In this document: positions 1 through 9,021 of the stretch, in pieces
How positions within the stretch are numbered: position 1 is the stretch's first letter
How the letters are laid out: each line of letters starts with the position of its first letter
Assembly (NCBI GenBank): GCA_033763315.1
Contig: JANRKS010000002.1
Span: 320,001 to 384,000, forward strand
Direction of reading: 5' to 3'
DNA length: 64,000 nt
DNA from: Deltaproteobacteria bacterium
Lineage (GTDB): Bacteria > Myxococcota_A > Polyangia > Fen-1088
The notes under the pieces: model-generated
The model's input: only the letters and a program-made list of their open reading frames with translations
The model's database searches: none
Told to the model about the DNA's origin: nothing
Position numbers and translations under genes: made by a program

Positions 1-9
1 GCCGCTGCA

Positions 10-954
10 CTAGCTGTGGCTGTCTAAGTCACCGACGATCGCACGCAGCGAGCCGCGGTGTTGCACGAGCAACTCTTTGGCCTTCAAAGCGTTGACGTGT
101 GCGTGGTGCATCACCAGGGCGACCTTGGCGCGGCCACCAGCTTTTTTGATCAGCGCCAGCGCGTCCGCTTCGGGCAGGCCGGTGAGGCGTTGGACGATGC
201 GTGTGGCGCGTGCCCACAGTTTGGTATTGGTGGGGCGCACGTCGACCATGAGGCCGCCATACGTTTTCCCCAGCAACACAAACGCTGTGGTGGAGAGGGC
301 ATTCAAAGTCACCTTCGTGGCCGTGCCTGCCTTTAACCGCGTTGACCCCGAGATCACCTCGGGACCCGTGGCCAACTCGATCACGACGTCGGCGATCGGT
401 GTGCCGTCATCATAGGTAACCGTGCGGCCGCACGTGATGAAGATGGTGGCTGCGCGGCGGCCGTGCGCGTATTCCAACGCTGAGCGCACGAATGGCGTCA
501 CGCCTGAAGCCGCGATGCAGATGACCACGTCCTTGGGGCCGACGCCGATGCGTTTGCAACGCTGTTCGGCTTCGCGCGTGTCGTCTTCTGCGCCTTCAAC
601 GGATTTCACGAGCGCGCGGCTGCCGCCTGCCACAATCGCCTCCACCAACGATGGCGGAATGCCAAAGGTGGGCACGCACTCGGCGGCGTCGAGGTTGCCC
701 AGCCGGCCCGACGTGCCCGCGCCGACATAGATCATGCGGCCGCCTTTGGCGAGCGTATCTGCAATAAGCCGCGCGCCCTTGGCTACCAGTTCAGATCGCG
801 CTTTGACGGCTTTGATCGCGTTGGACTCTTCGTCCAACATCAATTTCACCACGTCATCGGGCGGCAGTGTGTCGAGAAATTCCGAACGAGGGTTGTCGGC
901 CTCGGTGGGCAAGGCCGCGTAATCGGGCAGGGCTTCTTTGCGACGACGAGCCAT
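10..954 (-). CDS. murQ: N-acetylmuramic acid 6-phosphate etherase
   Basis: SIS-fold motifs GGRMIYVGAGTSGRLG, DAAECVPTFG, EGAEDD, GPEVISGSTRLKAGTATK, MVDVRPTNTKL. Confidence 0.95.
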   Translation of the reverse strand: MARRRKEALPDYAALPTEADNPRSEFLDTLPPDDVVKLMLDEESNAIKAVKARSELVAKGARLIADTLAKGGRMIYVGAGTSGRLGNLDAAECVPTFGIPPSLVEAIVAGGSRALVKSVEGAEDDTREAEQRCKRIGVGPKDVVICIAASGVTPFVRSALEYAHGRRAATIFITCGRTVTYDDGTPIADVVIELATGPEVISGSTRLKAGTATKVTLNALSTTAFVLLGKTYGGLMVDVRPTNTKLWARATRIVQRLTGLPEADALALIKKAGGRAKVALVMHHAHVNALKAKELLVQHRGSLRAIVGDLDSHS

Positions 955-963
955 GGCTGGCCG

Positions 964-1767
964 CTACTTCAAGCCCAGCACATCGCGCATGTCGTAAATG
1001 CTAGCCTTGCGTCCCGCCAACCACTGCGCCGCACGCACGGCGCCTCGCGCGAAAGCATCGCGCGAAGAGGCGCGGTGGGTGATCTCGATGCGCTCTTCGG
1101 GCCCGAAGAAAAACACCGTGTGATCGCCCACAACGTCGCCGCCGCGCAAGGTTTGAATGCCGATCTCGCCTGCGGGGCGTGGGCCAATGTCGCCGTGGCG
1201 GCTATAGCAGGCCACGTCTTTTAAGGGCACACCGCGGCCTTCAGCCGCCGCCTCGGCCAAACGCAAAGCTGTTCCTGAGGGCGCGTCGCGCTTCATCTTG
1301 TGATGCGCTTCCACGATGTCGATGTCGTACGCCTCGCCGAGTGACCGCGTGGCATCCGCGACAAGCTTAAGCAACACGTTCACGCCCACAGACATGTTCG
1401 GGGCCAGCACCACAGGGCACGCTTGCGCGAGCCCGGCGATCTCTTGCTTTTGTTCATCGTTGAGGCCCGTGGTGCCAATCACGATGCCAGCGCCTGCCGC
1501 GGCGGCCGCTTTCACATTGCCAATCGTTGCGGTGGGCAGTGTGAAGTCTATCCAAACGTCGGTTGTGCCCGGCGCGGGCGCTTCCGTGGTGACAAGCACG
1601 CCTGTGGGCGCCAAGCCAGCCAAAGCGCCGGCGTCTTGCCCGGCTTGTGGTGAGCCAACGCGTTCAACCGCGGCCGCCAGACGAGCGTTCGGCGTTTCAC
1701 TGATGATGCGAATGATGGCGCGGCCCATGCGGCCCGAGGCGCCCAGAACGGCAATTCGTGTGGTCAT
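964..1767 (-). CDS. dapB: 4-hydroxy-tetrahydrodipicolinate reductase
   Basis: GASGRMG Rossmann motif, IDFT, IGTTG, APNMSVGVN, EAHHKMKRDAPSGTA, RGGDVVGDHTV; directly downstream of dapA. Confidence 0.97.
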   Translation of the reverse strand: MTTRIAVLGASGRMGRAIIRIISETPNARLAAAVERVGSPQAGQDAGALAGLAPTGVLVTTEAPAPGTTDVWIDFTLPTATIGNVKAAAAAGAGIVIGTTGLNDEQKQEIAGLAQACPVVLAPNMSVGVNVLLKLVADATRSLGEAYDIDIVEAHHKMKRDAPSGTALRLAEAAAEGRGVPLKDVACYSRHGDIGPRPAGEIGIQTLRGGDVVGDHTVFFFGPEERIEITHRASSRDAFARGAVRAAQWLAGRKASIYDMRDVLGLK

Positions 1768-1780
1768 GGCAGTGACACGC

Positions 1781-2653
1781 TTAGAGCAGTTCGAGATCCG
1801 CCAGTTGGTGCTTGAGCTTGTCGCGGAACTTTTGCGACAAGGGATACAGCGGCGGGCGAATTTCTTCAGAGATGCGGCCCATCATGGCCAAGGCGGCTTT
1901 GACGGGGATCGGGTTCGATTCAACGAACAGACCCTGCGCGATGCCAAACAACTTGTAGTGCAGATCGCGGGCTGTGTTCCATTCACCAGCGGCCGCTGCG
2001 TCCCACATGGCGGACATCAGGCGCGGCGCCACGTTTGATACCACCGAGATGCAGCCCTTGGCGCCGAGCGCGTACAAAGCGAACGACGTGGCGTCGTCAC
2101 CGGAAAGCACAGTCAGACGATCGCCCGTGCGCGCGATGATTTCGGCAGCACGCGTGGCTGAACCTGTGGCTTCTTTCACAGCGACCACTTGCTTGATCGC
2201 GCACAAACGCTCCAACGTTTCGGGCAGCAGATCGCACGCGGTGCGGCCTGGAACGTTATAGACCACGGTGGGCAACGGCACGGCCTCGATGATGGCCTTG
2301 AAGTGATTGAACAAGCCGTCTTGCGTGGGCTTGTTGTAGTATGGCGTCACTTGCAGCATGCCGTCGGCCCCAGCGGACTTGGCCGCCTTTGACAGCGAGA
2401 TGGCTTCCTTCGTTGAGTTGGCGCCGGTGCCGGCGATGACGGGCACGCGTTTGGCGGTTTCCTCCACCACGATCTTGATGACGCGCAGGTGCTCGTCGAC
2501 ATCAAGGGTGGCCGACTCGCCCGTGGTGCCACAGGGAACAAGACCATCGATGCCGTTCGCGATCTGGTCGTTAACAAGGCGGCGCAAAGCCTCCTCGTCC
2601 ACGCGATCGTTGCGGAACGGCGTTACCAGTGCGGTGATGACTCCGGAAAACAT
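1781..2653 (-). CDS. dapA: 4-hydroxy-tetrahydrodipicolinate synthase
   Basis: TALVTPF, CGTTGES, TPYYNKPTQ, YNVPGRT, KEATG, LSGDD, NPIPVKAA. Confidence 0.97.
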   Translation of the reverse strand: MFSGVITALVTPFRNDRVDEEALRRLVNDQIANGIDGLVPCGTTGESATLDVDEHLRVIKIVVEETAKRVPVIAGTGANSTKEAISLSKAAKSAGADGMLQVTPYYNKPTQDGLFNHFKAIIEAVPLPTVVYNVPGRTACDLLPETLERLCAIKQVVAVKEATGSATRAAEIIARTGDRLTVLSGDDATSFALYALGAKGCISVVSNVAPRLMSAMWDAAAAGEWNTARDLHYKLFGIAQGLFVESNPIPVKAALAMMGRISEEIRPPLYPLSQKFRDKLKHQLADLELL

Positions 2654-2710
2654 AGGGGCGGGACAGTACCACTTCGCGCGGGCAAATCCCAGCGCAACTG
2701 GCGATGGCCC

Positions 2711-3226
2711 TTAAGCCGAAGGCAAAGCGGACCGCGCCATAGGAATGAAGGCGCCATCCCTCACGATGCCGCAGGCGGCGATCGCGGAATGCAAGCCCGG
2801 TGCGGCCACGGCAATGCGGCCAGACGAAGCCGACACGGTTAGCTGACGACGCACGGTTTCGATGCCGTCCGGACCTTTGACCACAAGCATCACCTCCAGC
2901 ACCGGCGGGGAGGGCGTGGGCGGCAGCGCCCAGGCGACGATCGCGGCGCTCTCGCCGTCGGCGTCTTGTCCTGTCACCACCAGCACGCCCGGGGCTCCCG
3001 GCAAGGGCACTTCGTGTGGCAACGTGGGCCCGCCGTCTTCTTCATCCCAAGCGTCTTCCAACTCCGCGAGTTTCGCGGCCCACCGCCCTGCGGCCGCGTG
3101 ACCGGGATGGCCCTGCAACAAATTTTTAAAAATGGCGATGGCCGCGCCGAAACGGCCTTGCCGGGCACAAAGCTCGGCCATGGTTTCGGTCTCAAACGGC
3201 TCGGCGGCTTTGCTTGGCATCGTCAC
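2711..3226 (-). CDS. hypothetical protein with an N-terminal TPR-like helix pair
   Basis: ETETMAELCARQGRFGAAIAIFKNLL resembles the T-x-A-E-L-x-x-x-Q-G TPR-like motif; fits in operon between ribF and dapA. Confidence 0.65.
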   Translation of the reverse strand: MTMPSKAAEPFETETMAELCARQGRFGAAIAIFKNLLQGHPGHAAAGRWAAKLAELEDAWDEEDGGPTLPHEVPLPGAPGVLVVTGQDADGESAAIVAWALPPTPSPPVLEVMLVVKGPDGIETVRRQLTVSASSGRIAVAAPGLHSAIAACGIVRDGAFIPMARSALPSA

Positions 3227-3235
3227 AAGGCAACG

Positions 3236-4192
3236 TTAGCCGTTTGCCGGCGGCTTGGAAAGCTTCTGCCGCGTTTGCTCGACGTCGTGACCGATGGCAG
3301 CCACCAAAGCCTCGATGCTTTCGAAGCGACGTTCTTCGCGCAAGCGGGACACAAAATCGATGCGCAGTCGTTGGCCGTAAAGGTCTGCGGAAAAATCCAG
3401 CAGGTAGGCTTCGATCGAAAGCGTGCCCGCTTGTGTGAAAGTGGGGTTGGTGCCAACGCTGACGGCGGCCATCACCGCGTGGTGGCCCGCGCCATCGGGC
3501 ACCTGTGCCCACGCCGCGTAGATCCCCGCGCGGGGCAAAAGCTCGGTTTCGGCCGCGATGTTGGCCGTGGGATACCCCAGCTGCCGGCCGCGCTGCGCGC
3601 CTTTGACCACGATGCCTTCGAGCGCAAACGGACGCCCGAGCAACATCGCGGCGCCCTCAACGCGCCCCTCTAAGACAAATTCTCGAATTTTCGTCGAAGA
3701 GCAGACGAGGCCGTCAACGCCCACGGCCGCGACCACATCGACGGCGATGCCCACTTGCGCGGCAAGCGTTCTCAGATCGGCCGTGGAACCTTTTCGACCT
3801 TTGCCAAACGCGAAGTCGTAACCCACAACAACCCCCGCCACCTGCAATTTGCGGTGAAGGTAGTCGTGCACAAAGGCTTGCGGTGTGAGCGACGCCAAAG
3901 CTGCATCGAAGGTCTCGACCAACACAAAATGGGCGCCCAGCTCGCCGATCAGATTCAGGCGCCGCTGCAGCGGCATGATCGCCGGCGGCGCCAAGGTGGG
4001 AGCGAAGAAACGCGCGGGATGAGGATCAAACGTCAGCACGCCCCACGGCGCCGATTGAGCCTGAACTTGTGCCTGCGCAAGCAATGCCTGATGACCTAGA
4101 TGCACGCCATCAAAATTCCCGATCGCCAAGACGGATGATTGGTAGCGAGGGGCTGTGGCGGCCCACGTGTGGCTTCCACGGATGATCTGCAT
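3236..4192 (-). CDS. ribF: bifunctional riboflavin kinase / FAD synthetase
   Basis: IGNFDGVHLGHQ, TFDPHP, VVGYDFAFG, SSTKIRE, GRQLGYPTAN, GTNPTF, EAYLLDF; start set at ATG 4192 (MQIIRG). Confidence 0.96.
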   Translation of the reverse strand: MQIIRGSHTWAATAPRYQSSVLAIGNFDGVHLGHQALLAQAQVQAQSAPWGVLTFDPHPARFFAPTLAPPAIMPLQRRLNLIGELGAHFVLVETFDAALASLTPQAFVHDYLHRKLQVAGVVVGYDFAFGKGRKGSTADLRTLAAQVGIAVDVVAAVGVDGLVCSSTKIREFVLEGRVEGAAMLLGRPFALEGIVVKGAQRGRQLGYPTANIAAETELLPRAGIYAAWAQVPDGAGHHAVMAAVSVGTNPTFTQAGTLSIEAYLLDFSADLYGQRLRIDFVSRLREERRFESIEALVAAIGHDVEQTRQKLSKPPANG

Positions 4193-4247
4193 CTGTGGGG
4201 AAATAACGTTTGCCTTGGTGGTCGTCAAGCTGGAGGCCTTTTGCCGC

Positions 4248-4505
4248 TTAGCCGTCAAGGGCCACCCCGGAGCGTGCAAGAACGATCCGTTTGATGGCCA
4301 TGGCTGCCACCACCAAGGCGACCAATAGAGCTCCGCGCACAAGCCGCACTTTGAACACGCGCCGTTTGAGCAGCTCGTAATAGGCAACGGCTTCGTGTTG
4401 CGGAAGTTGCCGCAAGATGAGCTCTTCTTGTTTGACCCGCAGCCGTTCGGAAAGTTCGTTTCCTAAGGCCAAAACAAGCACAACGATCAGCACTGAGCCG
4501 AACAT
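4248..4505 (-). CDS. small two-TM membrane protein (85 aa), paralog-like to 4508-4771
   Basis: ATG 4505 lies 2 nt after the upstream stop; hydrophobic N- and C-terminal helices flank a charged core LRQLPQHEAVAYYE. Confidence 0.65.
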   Translation of the reverse strand: MFGSVLIVVLVLALGNELSERLRVKQEELILRQLPQHEAVAYYELLKRRVFKVRLVRGALLVALVVAAMAIKRIVLARSGVALDG

Positions 4506-4507
4506 GT

Positions 4508-4771
4508 TCAGCGACCTACCGTGGCGGCTGTGTTGTGAGGGGCGGGCAAGATGATGAAAGCGTAGATCGCAAGGCCGGCGGCCACGAGACATACGACCCC
4601 GGTTAGAAGAATCATCGTTCGTTCAGCGCGCTTTCTGTGCCGTTCGTGCTGCGCCATCGCTTGCCTGACAGGCAACGCGCGCAGCTGCGCGAAACGCCGG
4701 CGCTCTTGCCAATATTGGCTGGCCGCATAGGCCGCGGCGGCGGCGGCCAAGAGCAAACGAAGAGGTCGCAT
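4508..4771 (-). CDS. small two-TM membrane protein (87 aa)
   Basis: ATG 4771 lies 7 nt after the kinase stop; hydrophobic termini flank a charged core LRALPVRQAMAQHE. Confidence 0.65.
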   Translation of the reverse strand: MRPLRLLLAAAAAAYAASQYWQERRRFAQLRALPVRQAMAQHERHRKRAERTMILLTGVVCLVAAGLAIYAFIILPAPHNTAATVGR

Positions 4772-4778
4772 CGTCTGT

Positions 4779-6524
4779 TTAGGGGGTGGCAGGAACGGCC
4801 GCCGGTGGTTCGGCCGGGTGATCTGTGGCCGCGGGGTCAACGGGGAGCGGCGCAGGCTCCGTGTGCACGGGAGCCACGGGCTCAGGAGGCGCGGCCTTAT
4901 CGGGCAAAGGCAGCGTGCCATCGGGCCCCACTGTCTCGGGGGGGGGCGGTCCAACCGAGGGTGGTGGCAACGCCAGCGTCGGGGCGATCACCGGGGCTTC
5001 TGCGCGTGGAGCGGCGGGCTTCGTGGCAGGGACCACAGGCGCCGCGGCCACACGCGGTTTTTCCAGCGGGGCTGTTTCCTTGGCGGCGGTTTTGGCCGGG
5101 TCTTGGATTGGCTCTTTGGTGGGCTCAGGACGGGGCGCTTCTGGGGCGGCTTCCTTGCGAGGCGCTTCTTTGGCCACGATGTCTTTGGTGGGTGCAGCAG
5201 GGGCGGGGGCGCGATCTTGGCCAACGGCGCTATCGACGTTCTGGCTGGCGAGGCCATCGCTTGCCTCAAGCGCTTTTCGCTGTTTGAGAACCTTCCAGAC
5301 GCCCGCCGCAGACGCACCAATCACGATCGCCATGACCAGCATGACGCTTGCGCTCGATCGCTTTGACGGAGCCGTGGATCGGATGGCCACGGGCGTTTCT
5401 TGGTCGATCCACGTGGGGCCGATGCGCAGGTCGGCCACGGTGGCCTCCGCCCCGGTCATCCGCGCCAACCGCTCCTTGCGAGAGGGCGGATCGTGCAACA
5501 GCGTGGGCTCCACGTTTTCGCCAAGCACCAGATCGTGCCCGACCTCGGCGATGCCATCCAATGATTCGTCCGGCTGGCCGAGAAAATGTTTGCCGATCGG
5601 AGGCTCGCCATCGAGCCGTGACAGCTCTGCCAGCCAGTGTTTCAGCTCCGTTTGGCCCGGTGACGAAAACACCGATCGCAGCGCGCTTTCGATGTCGGCC
5701 AACATCTCGTCCGCCGAGTTGTAACGTTGTTCGCGATCGAACTGCATCGCTCGATCGATGACGGCCGCGACCGCTGGCTCCATGCTTGGCATCACGGTCA
5801 ACGGCGGCGTCATCTCGCCGTTTTGCACCCGCAACAAAATCTCCAGATCGGTGGCACCTTCAAAAGGCCGCACGCCCGTGACCAATAGGTAAAGCAACGT
5901 GCCTAGCGAATAAAGATCCGACCGCGCGTCCAGCTCTTGCCCCATCGCCTGCTCGGGCGACATGAAGGCAATCTTGCCCTTCACGACGCCCGTGTCGGTG
6001 CTCTCGCGCTTGCTGCGTCGTGCTTTGGCGATGCCAAAATCGGCGAGCTTCACGTCACCTTGTTCGCTGATCAGGACATTCTGCGGGCTGACGTCGCGGT
6101 GAACGATGCCCAAGTGCTTGCCGCTGACGTTGGTTTTGCTGTGGGCGTATCCCAACGCGCGGCAGACTTGCGCCACGATGTACAAGCCGATCTCGGGGGG
6201 AACCGGCACGTGCGCGTTGGCGGCACGGCGAATGATCCGGCCAAGGTCCCATCCTTCGATGAGTTCCAGAACCAGGAAATATCGACCGCCCGCCTGGCCT
6301 AGATCCAACACCTGCACGATGTTGTTGTGCATGAGGCCCATCGAGATGTGGGCCTCGTCGATTAGCATGTTGCGGAACTGCTCGTCTGCGTAAAGCGCCG
6401 CATGGATGCGCTTGAGCACGACTGGTTTTTCGAATCCCTGCGAGCCGTGCTGTTTGGCGAGAAAAATCTCCGCCATCCCGCCTTCGGCGAGTTTCCGGTT
6501 CACGGTGTAGCGGCCGTGTTGCAT
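4779..6524 (-). CDS. membrane-anchored Hanks-type Ser/Thr protein kinase
   Basis: LAEGGMAEIF, VVLKRI, HRDVSPQN, DFGIAK, GKIAFMSPEQ, DLYSLG; TM segment SVMLVMAIVIGASAAGVW; Pro/Ala-rich tail. Confidence 0.95.
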   Translation of the reverse strand: MQHGRYTVNRKLAEGGMAEIFLAKQHGSQGFEKPVVLKRIHAALYADEQFRNMLIDEAHISMGLMHNNIVQVLDLGQAGGRYFLVLELIEGWDLGRIIRRAANAHVPVPPEIGLYIVAQVCRALGYAHSKTNVSGKHLGIVHRDVSPQNVLISEQGDVKLADFGIAKARRSKRESTDTGVVKGKIAFMSPEQAMGQELDARSDLYSLGTLLYLLVTGVRPFEGATDLEILLRVQNGEMTPPLTVMPSMEPAVAAVIDRAMQFDREQRYNSADEMLADIESALRSVFSSPGQTELKHWLAELSRLDGEPPIGKHFLGQPDESLDGIAEVGHDLVLGENVEPTLLHDPPSRKERLARMTGAEATVADLRIGPTWIDQETPVAIRSTAPSKRSSASVMLVMAIVIGASAAGVWKVLKQRKALEASDGLASQNVDSAVGQDRAPAPAAPTKDIVAKEAPRKEAAPEAPRPEPTKEPIQDPAKTAAKETAPLEKPRVAAAPVVPATKPAAPRAEAPVIAPTLALPPPSVGPPPPETVGPDGTLPLPDKAAPPEPVAPVHTEPAPLPVDPAATDHPAEPPAAVPATP

Positions 6525-6736
6525 GGCTAAGGGGAGCGGCTAAGGAGACGCCGATGGCGCCGAAAGAACACAAGCGTAAGCGGCCCAAGCATAGGCGTCC
6601 ATGTAGGTAAAGGAAAGCCTTTGATGTTTGTCAGTGGAGAATGGGGTCATTTACCCGCCTCCCGCGACCGTAGACTGGCCTTTTGAAGTGGATATTTCGA
6701 CAGCGGCTCATGTTTGTCGTTCCATTCGTCTGAACC

Positions 6737-8056
6737 ATGGATGTGTCGCTTCCCATTCCCCGCCCTGCGCCCCGCTTGCCCCTGCATGTGGCCGCGGTGG
6801 CCCTGGTGGTGTTCGCGGCCGGCACGCCGTTGGGGCTGTTTCGGTTAGGTGACGCCGCCGTGTTCTCATCGGCGGTCACTGGTCGCCACAGCGCGGCTTG
6901 GGCTCCCCCCGTGTTCGACGTGTGGAGCCTGGCCCTGGGGCGCTTGGCGCTCGCGCTACCGTTTGGCGCCTTGCCCGCCCGTTTGGCTCTGGTGTCGAAC
7001 GTTTTTGCTGCCGTGGCGCTTGGGCTTTGGGTGCGTGTGGGCCTGGAATTGGCGGGCTTGTTGCGGCCCCTGCCGCGCGCGCGCCTGACGGCCAAAGACC
7101 GGCAGCACGAGCCGGTGGCCGTTGTGGGCGCTGTGGCCTTGGTGGGTTTGTCGATGCCCTTGTTCGCGGTGGCCAGCCAGCCTGGCGGAGGCGCGGTGTT
7201 GTTGGCCCTCGTGGCCGGGTGGGTGTGGTCGGCGAGCGTATTGCTGCGCGACCCGAATGCGCCTCGCCCCGCGCTGTTTGCGGCCGCGTTGGCTGGCCTC
7301 GTGATCGGCTCCGCGCCGGCTCTGGGGGTGCTTGTGGTTCCACCCACGCTGGTGATTTGGGGGTGGGGGCTCAAACGAAAGGCGCGTTGGGCGCTGTTGA
7401 TGCCATTTGCTTATGCGGTGGGCGCGGGTGTTTTGGTCGCTTGCGCGGCGTGGGGCCGCGGGCCGTTGAGTCACTTCGCTGGGTGGTGGCGGGCGCTGAG
7501 CCTCGCAGACTTGCGCGATGCCACAGTGGATCCGCAAGCGTGGTGGCAGGGCGTTGTGGCCTTGGCAGATCACCTGGGCGTCGTCGGAGGGCTGCTCGTC
7601 GTCTTCGGGTTTGTGACGATGGTGTGGCGCCATCCCGGTTTGGCAGCGGTGGTGTTTTACAGCCTGTGGGCGACCATGTTGATGAACGCGCGTGTAGCTA
7701 CAGACGCGGCGTGGGATGGCAAATGGTTATTGTCCGCTTGGATGGGTGTTGCGGTTGTGCCTTTGGTGGCGGGGTTGCTGCATTTTGCGGGCAAGCTGGG
7801 GCGCGCGAAGTTACCTGGAACGATCGCGTTGGTGGTTATGGGCGCTGTGGCGCCGATGCTTTCGGGTGGTTGGGCCCGCTGGCGGCCCGACGTGCGTTTG
7901 GCAGATCATTTGTTGCTCAAAGCCGAGTGGGCTTTGCCCGTACACAGTTCGGTCGACCCGGGGTCGCTGCCACTGCGGCAGGTGTTCGAATACGGATCCG
8001 CGCTGGGGGTCAGGCCTGATTTGTCCCCGCGCGAAAGCCACGCCGCCAAGAATTAA
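6737..8056 (+). CDS. multi-pass membrane protein, divergent DUF2723/GT-C glycosyltransferase-like
   Basis: About 10-12 hydrophobic segments; N-terminal GD..F...PP...LGRLALALPFG..PARL..VS resembles the DUF2723 N-terminus from recall but is degenerate. Confidence 0.6.
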   Translation: MDVSLPIPRPAPRLPLHVAAVALVVFAAGTPLGLFRLGDAAVFSSAVTGRHSAAWAPPVFDVWSLALGRLALALPFGALPARLALVSNVFAAVALGLWVRVGLELAGLLRPLPRARLTAKDRQHEPVAVVGAVALVGLSMPLFAVASQPGGGAVLLALVAGWVWSASVLLRDPNAPRPALFAAALAGLVIGSAPALGVLVVPPTLVIWGWGLKRKARWALLMPFAYAVGAGVLVACAAWGRGPLSHFAGWWRALSLADLRDATVDPQAWWQGVVALADHLGVVGGLLVVFGFVTMVWRHPGLAAVVFYSLWATMLMNARVATDAAWDGKWLLSAWMGVAVVPLVAGLLHFAGKLGRAKLPGTIALVVMGAVAPMLSGGWARWRPDVRLADHLLLKAEWALPVHSSVDPGSLPLRQVFEYGSALGVRPDLSPRESHAAKN

Positions 8057-8098
8057 CTTCAACCCCGAGTGCCAGCCGCGTTCGTTGCGTATGCTTTC

Positions 8099-8962
8099 GT
8101 GAACGTGCCGTCGCTCCTTTCACTCGTTTCGAATCATCGGGTGCTGCTGCTTACCGGCGCCGGTTGCAGCACGAAATCAGGCATTCCCGACTATCGCGGC
8201 GTTGATACGGGGCGTGCGCCAAAGCAGCCGATTCAGCACGCGGCTTTTTTGCGAAGCGCGTTCGTGCGGCGGCGGTACTGGGCTCGGAGTTGTTTGGGTT
8301 GGCCACGTTTCGCGGCGGCGCAACCGAATGCCACACACCTTGCCTGTGCGGCGCTGGAAGACCTTGGACGCGCGGTGGGCGTGGTTTCTCAGAACGTTGA
8401 TGGTTTGCACCAAGCCGCAGGCAGCCGCAGCGTAATCGAATTGCATGGCTCACTGTCGCATGTGACATGTTTGGCGTGCGGGCAGGTGTCCAGGCGCGCA
8501 GATCTGCAAGAGCAGATGTTGCAGAACAACCCCGGCTGGGTGCAGTTGGTGGCCGTGTCAGCGCCCGACGGCGACGCTGATTTGCCTGAGGAACTGGTGG
8601 AACGTTTTTATCCGCCTGCCTGTGCTTGTGGCGGGGCGCTGATGCCGAACGTTGTGTTCTTCGGCGGCAACGTAAAGCCACCTGTGCTTGAGGAGGCGTG
8701 GTCACTGTTCGGGCAAGCCGAGTTGTTGCTGGTGGTGGGGTCGTCGCTAACGGTGTTCTCTGGTTACCGTTTTGTTCGCAAGGCGGTTGAACGCGCCATG
8801 CCTGTGGTGATCGTGAATCGTGGCCGCACGCGCGGGGATGACGTGGCCGCCTTGAAAGTGGACGCTGAAGCGGGCGATACGCTTACAGCTTTGGTGCAAG
8901 GTCTTGCATCCGGGGCAGGCGTGAACGCTTCCTTGAGGGTGCGATCGCTCACGCGTCCTTAG
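8099..8962 (+). CDS. NAD-dependent protein deacylase, sirtuin (class II / SIRT4-like)
   Basis: LTGAGCSTKSGIPDYRG, RRRYWARS, SQNVDGLH, ELHGS, Zn Cys pairs CLAC/CAC, PDGDA, VVFFG, VGSSL; start could be GTG 8069 or 8099. Confidence 0.93.
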   Translation: MNVPSLLSLVSNHRVLLLTGAGCSTKSGIPDYRGVDTGRAPKQPIQHAAFLRSAFVRRRYWARSCLGWPRFAAAQPNATHLACAALEDLGRAVGVVSQNVDGLHQAAGSRSVIELHGSLSHVTCLACGQVSRRADLQEQMLQNNPGWVQLVAVSAPDGDADLPEELVERFYPPACACGGALMPNVVFFGGNVKPPVLEEAWSLFGQAELLLVVGSSLTVFSGYRFVRKAVERAMPVVIVNRGRTRGDDVAALKVDAEAGDTLTALVQGLASGAGVNASLRVRSLTRP

Positions 8963-9021
8963 CCATCGCTGTGTTTCATCAACGTTTGTGCTGTTCGATG
9001 TTGTAGCTTGCTCAGCGTCGT

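Noticed and set aside
4193-4387. N-terminal extensions in the ORF track (ribF, rph, pyrD, kinase 26562, methyltransferase 37364, lipoprotein 45771)
   Set aside because: Extensions overlap neighbouring genes and lack homology-like content; downstream starts fit family N-termini
8099-8962. Sirtuin as an anti-phage SIR2 effector (Thoeris/DSR type)
   Set aside because: Has the Zn-binding module and motifs of an ordinary class II deacylase, with no defence-gene neighbours
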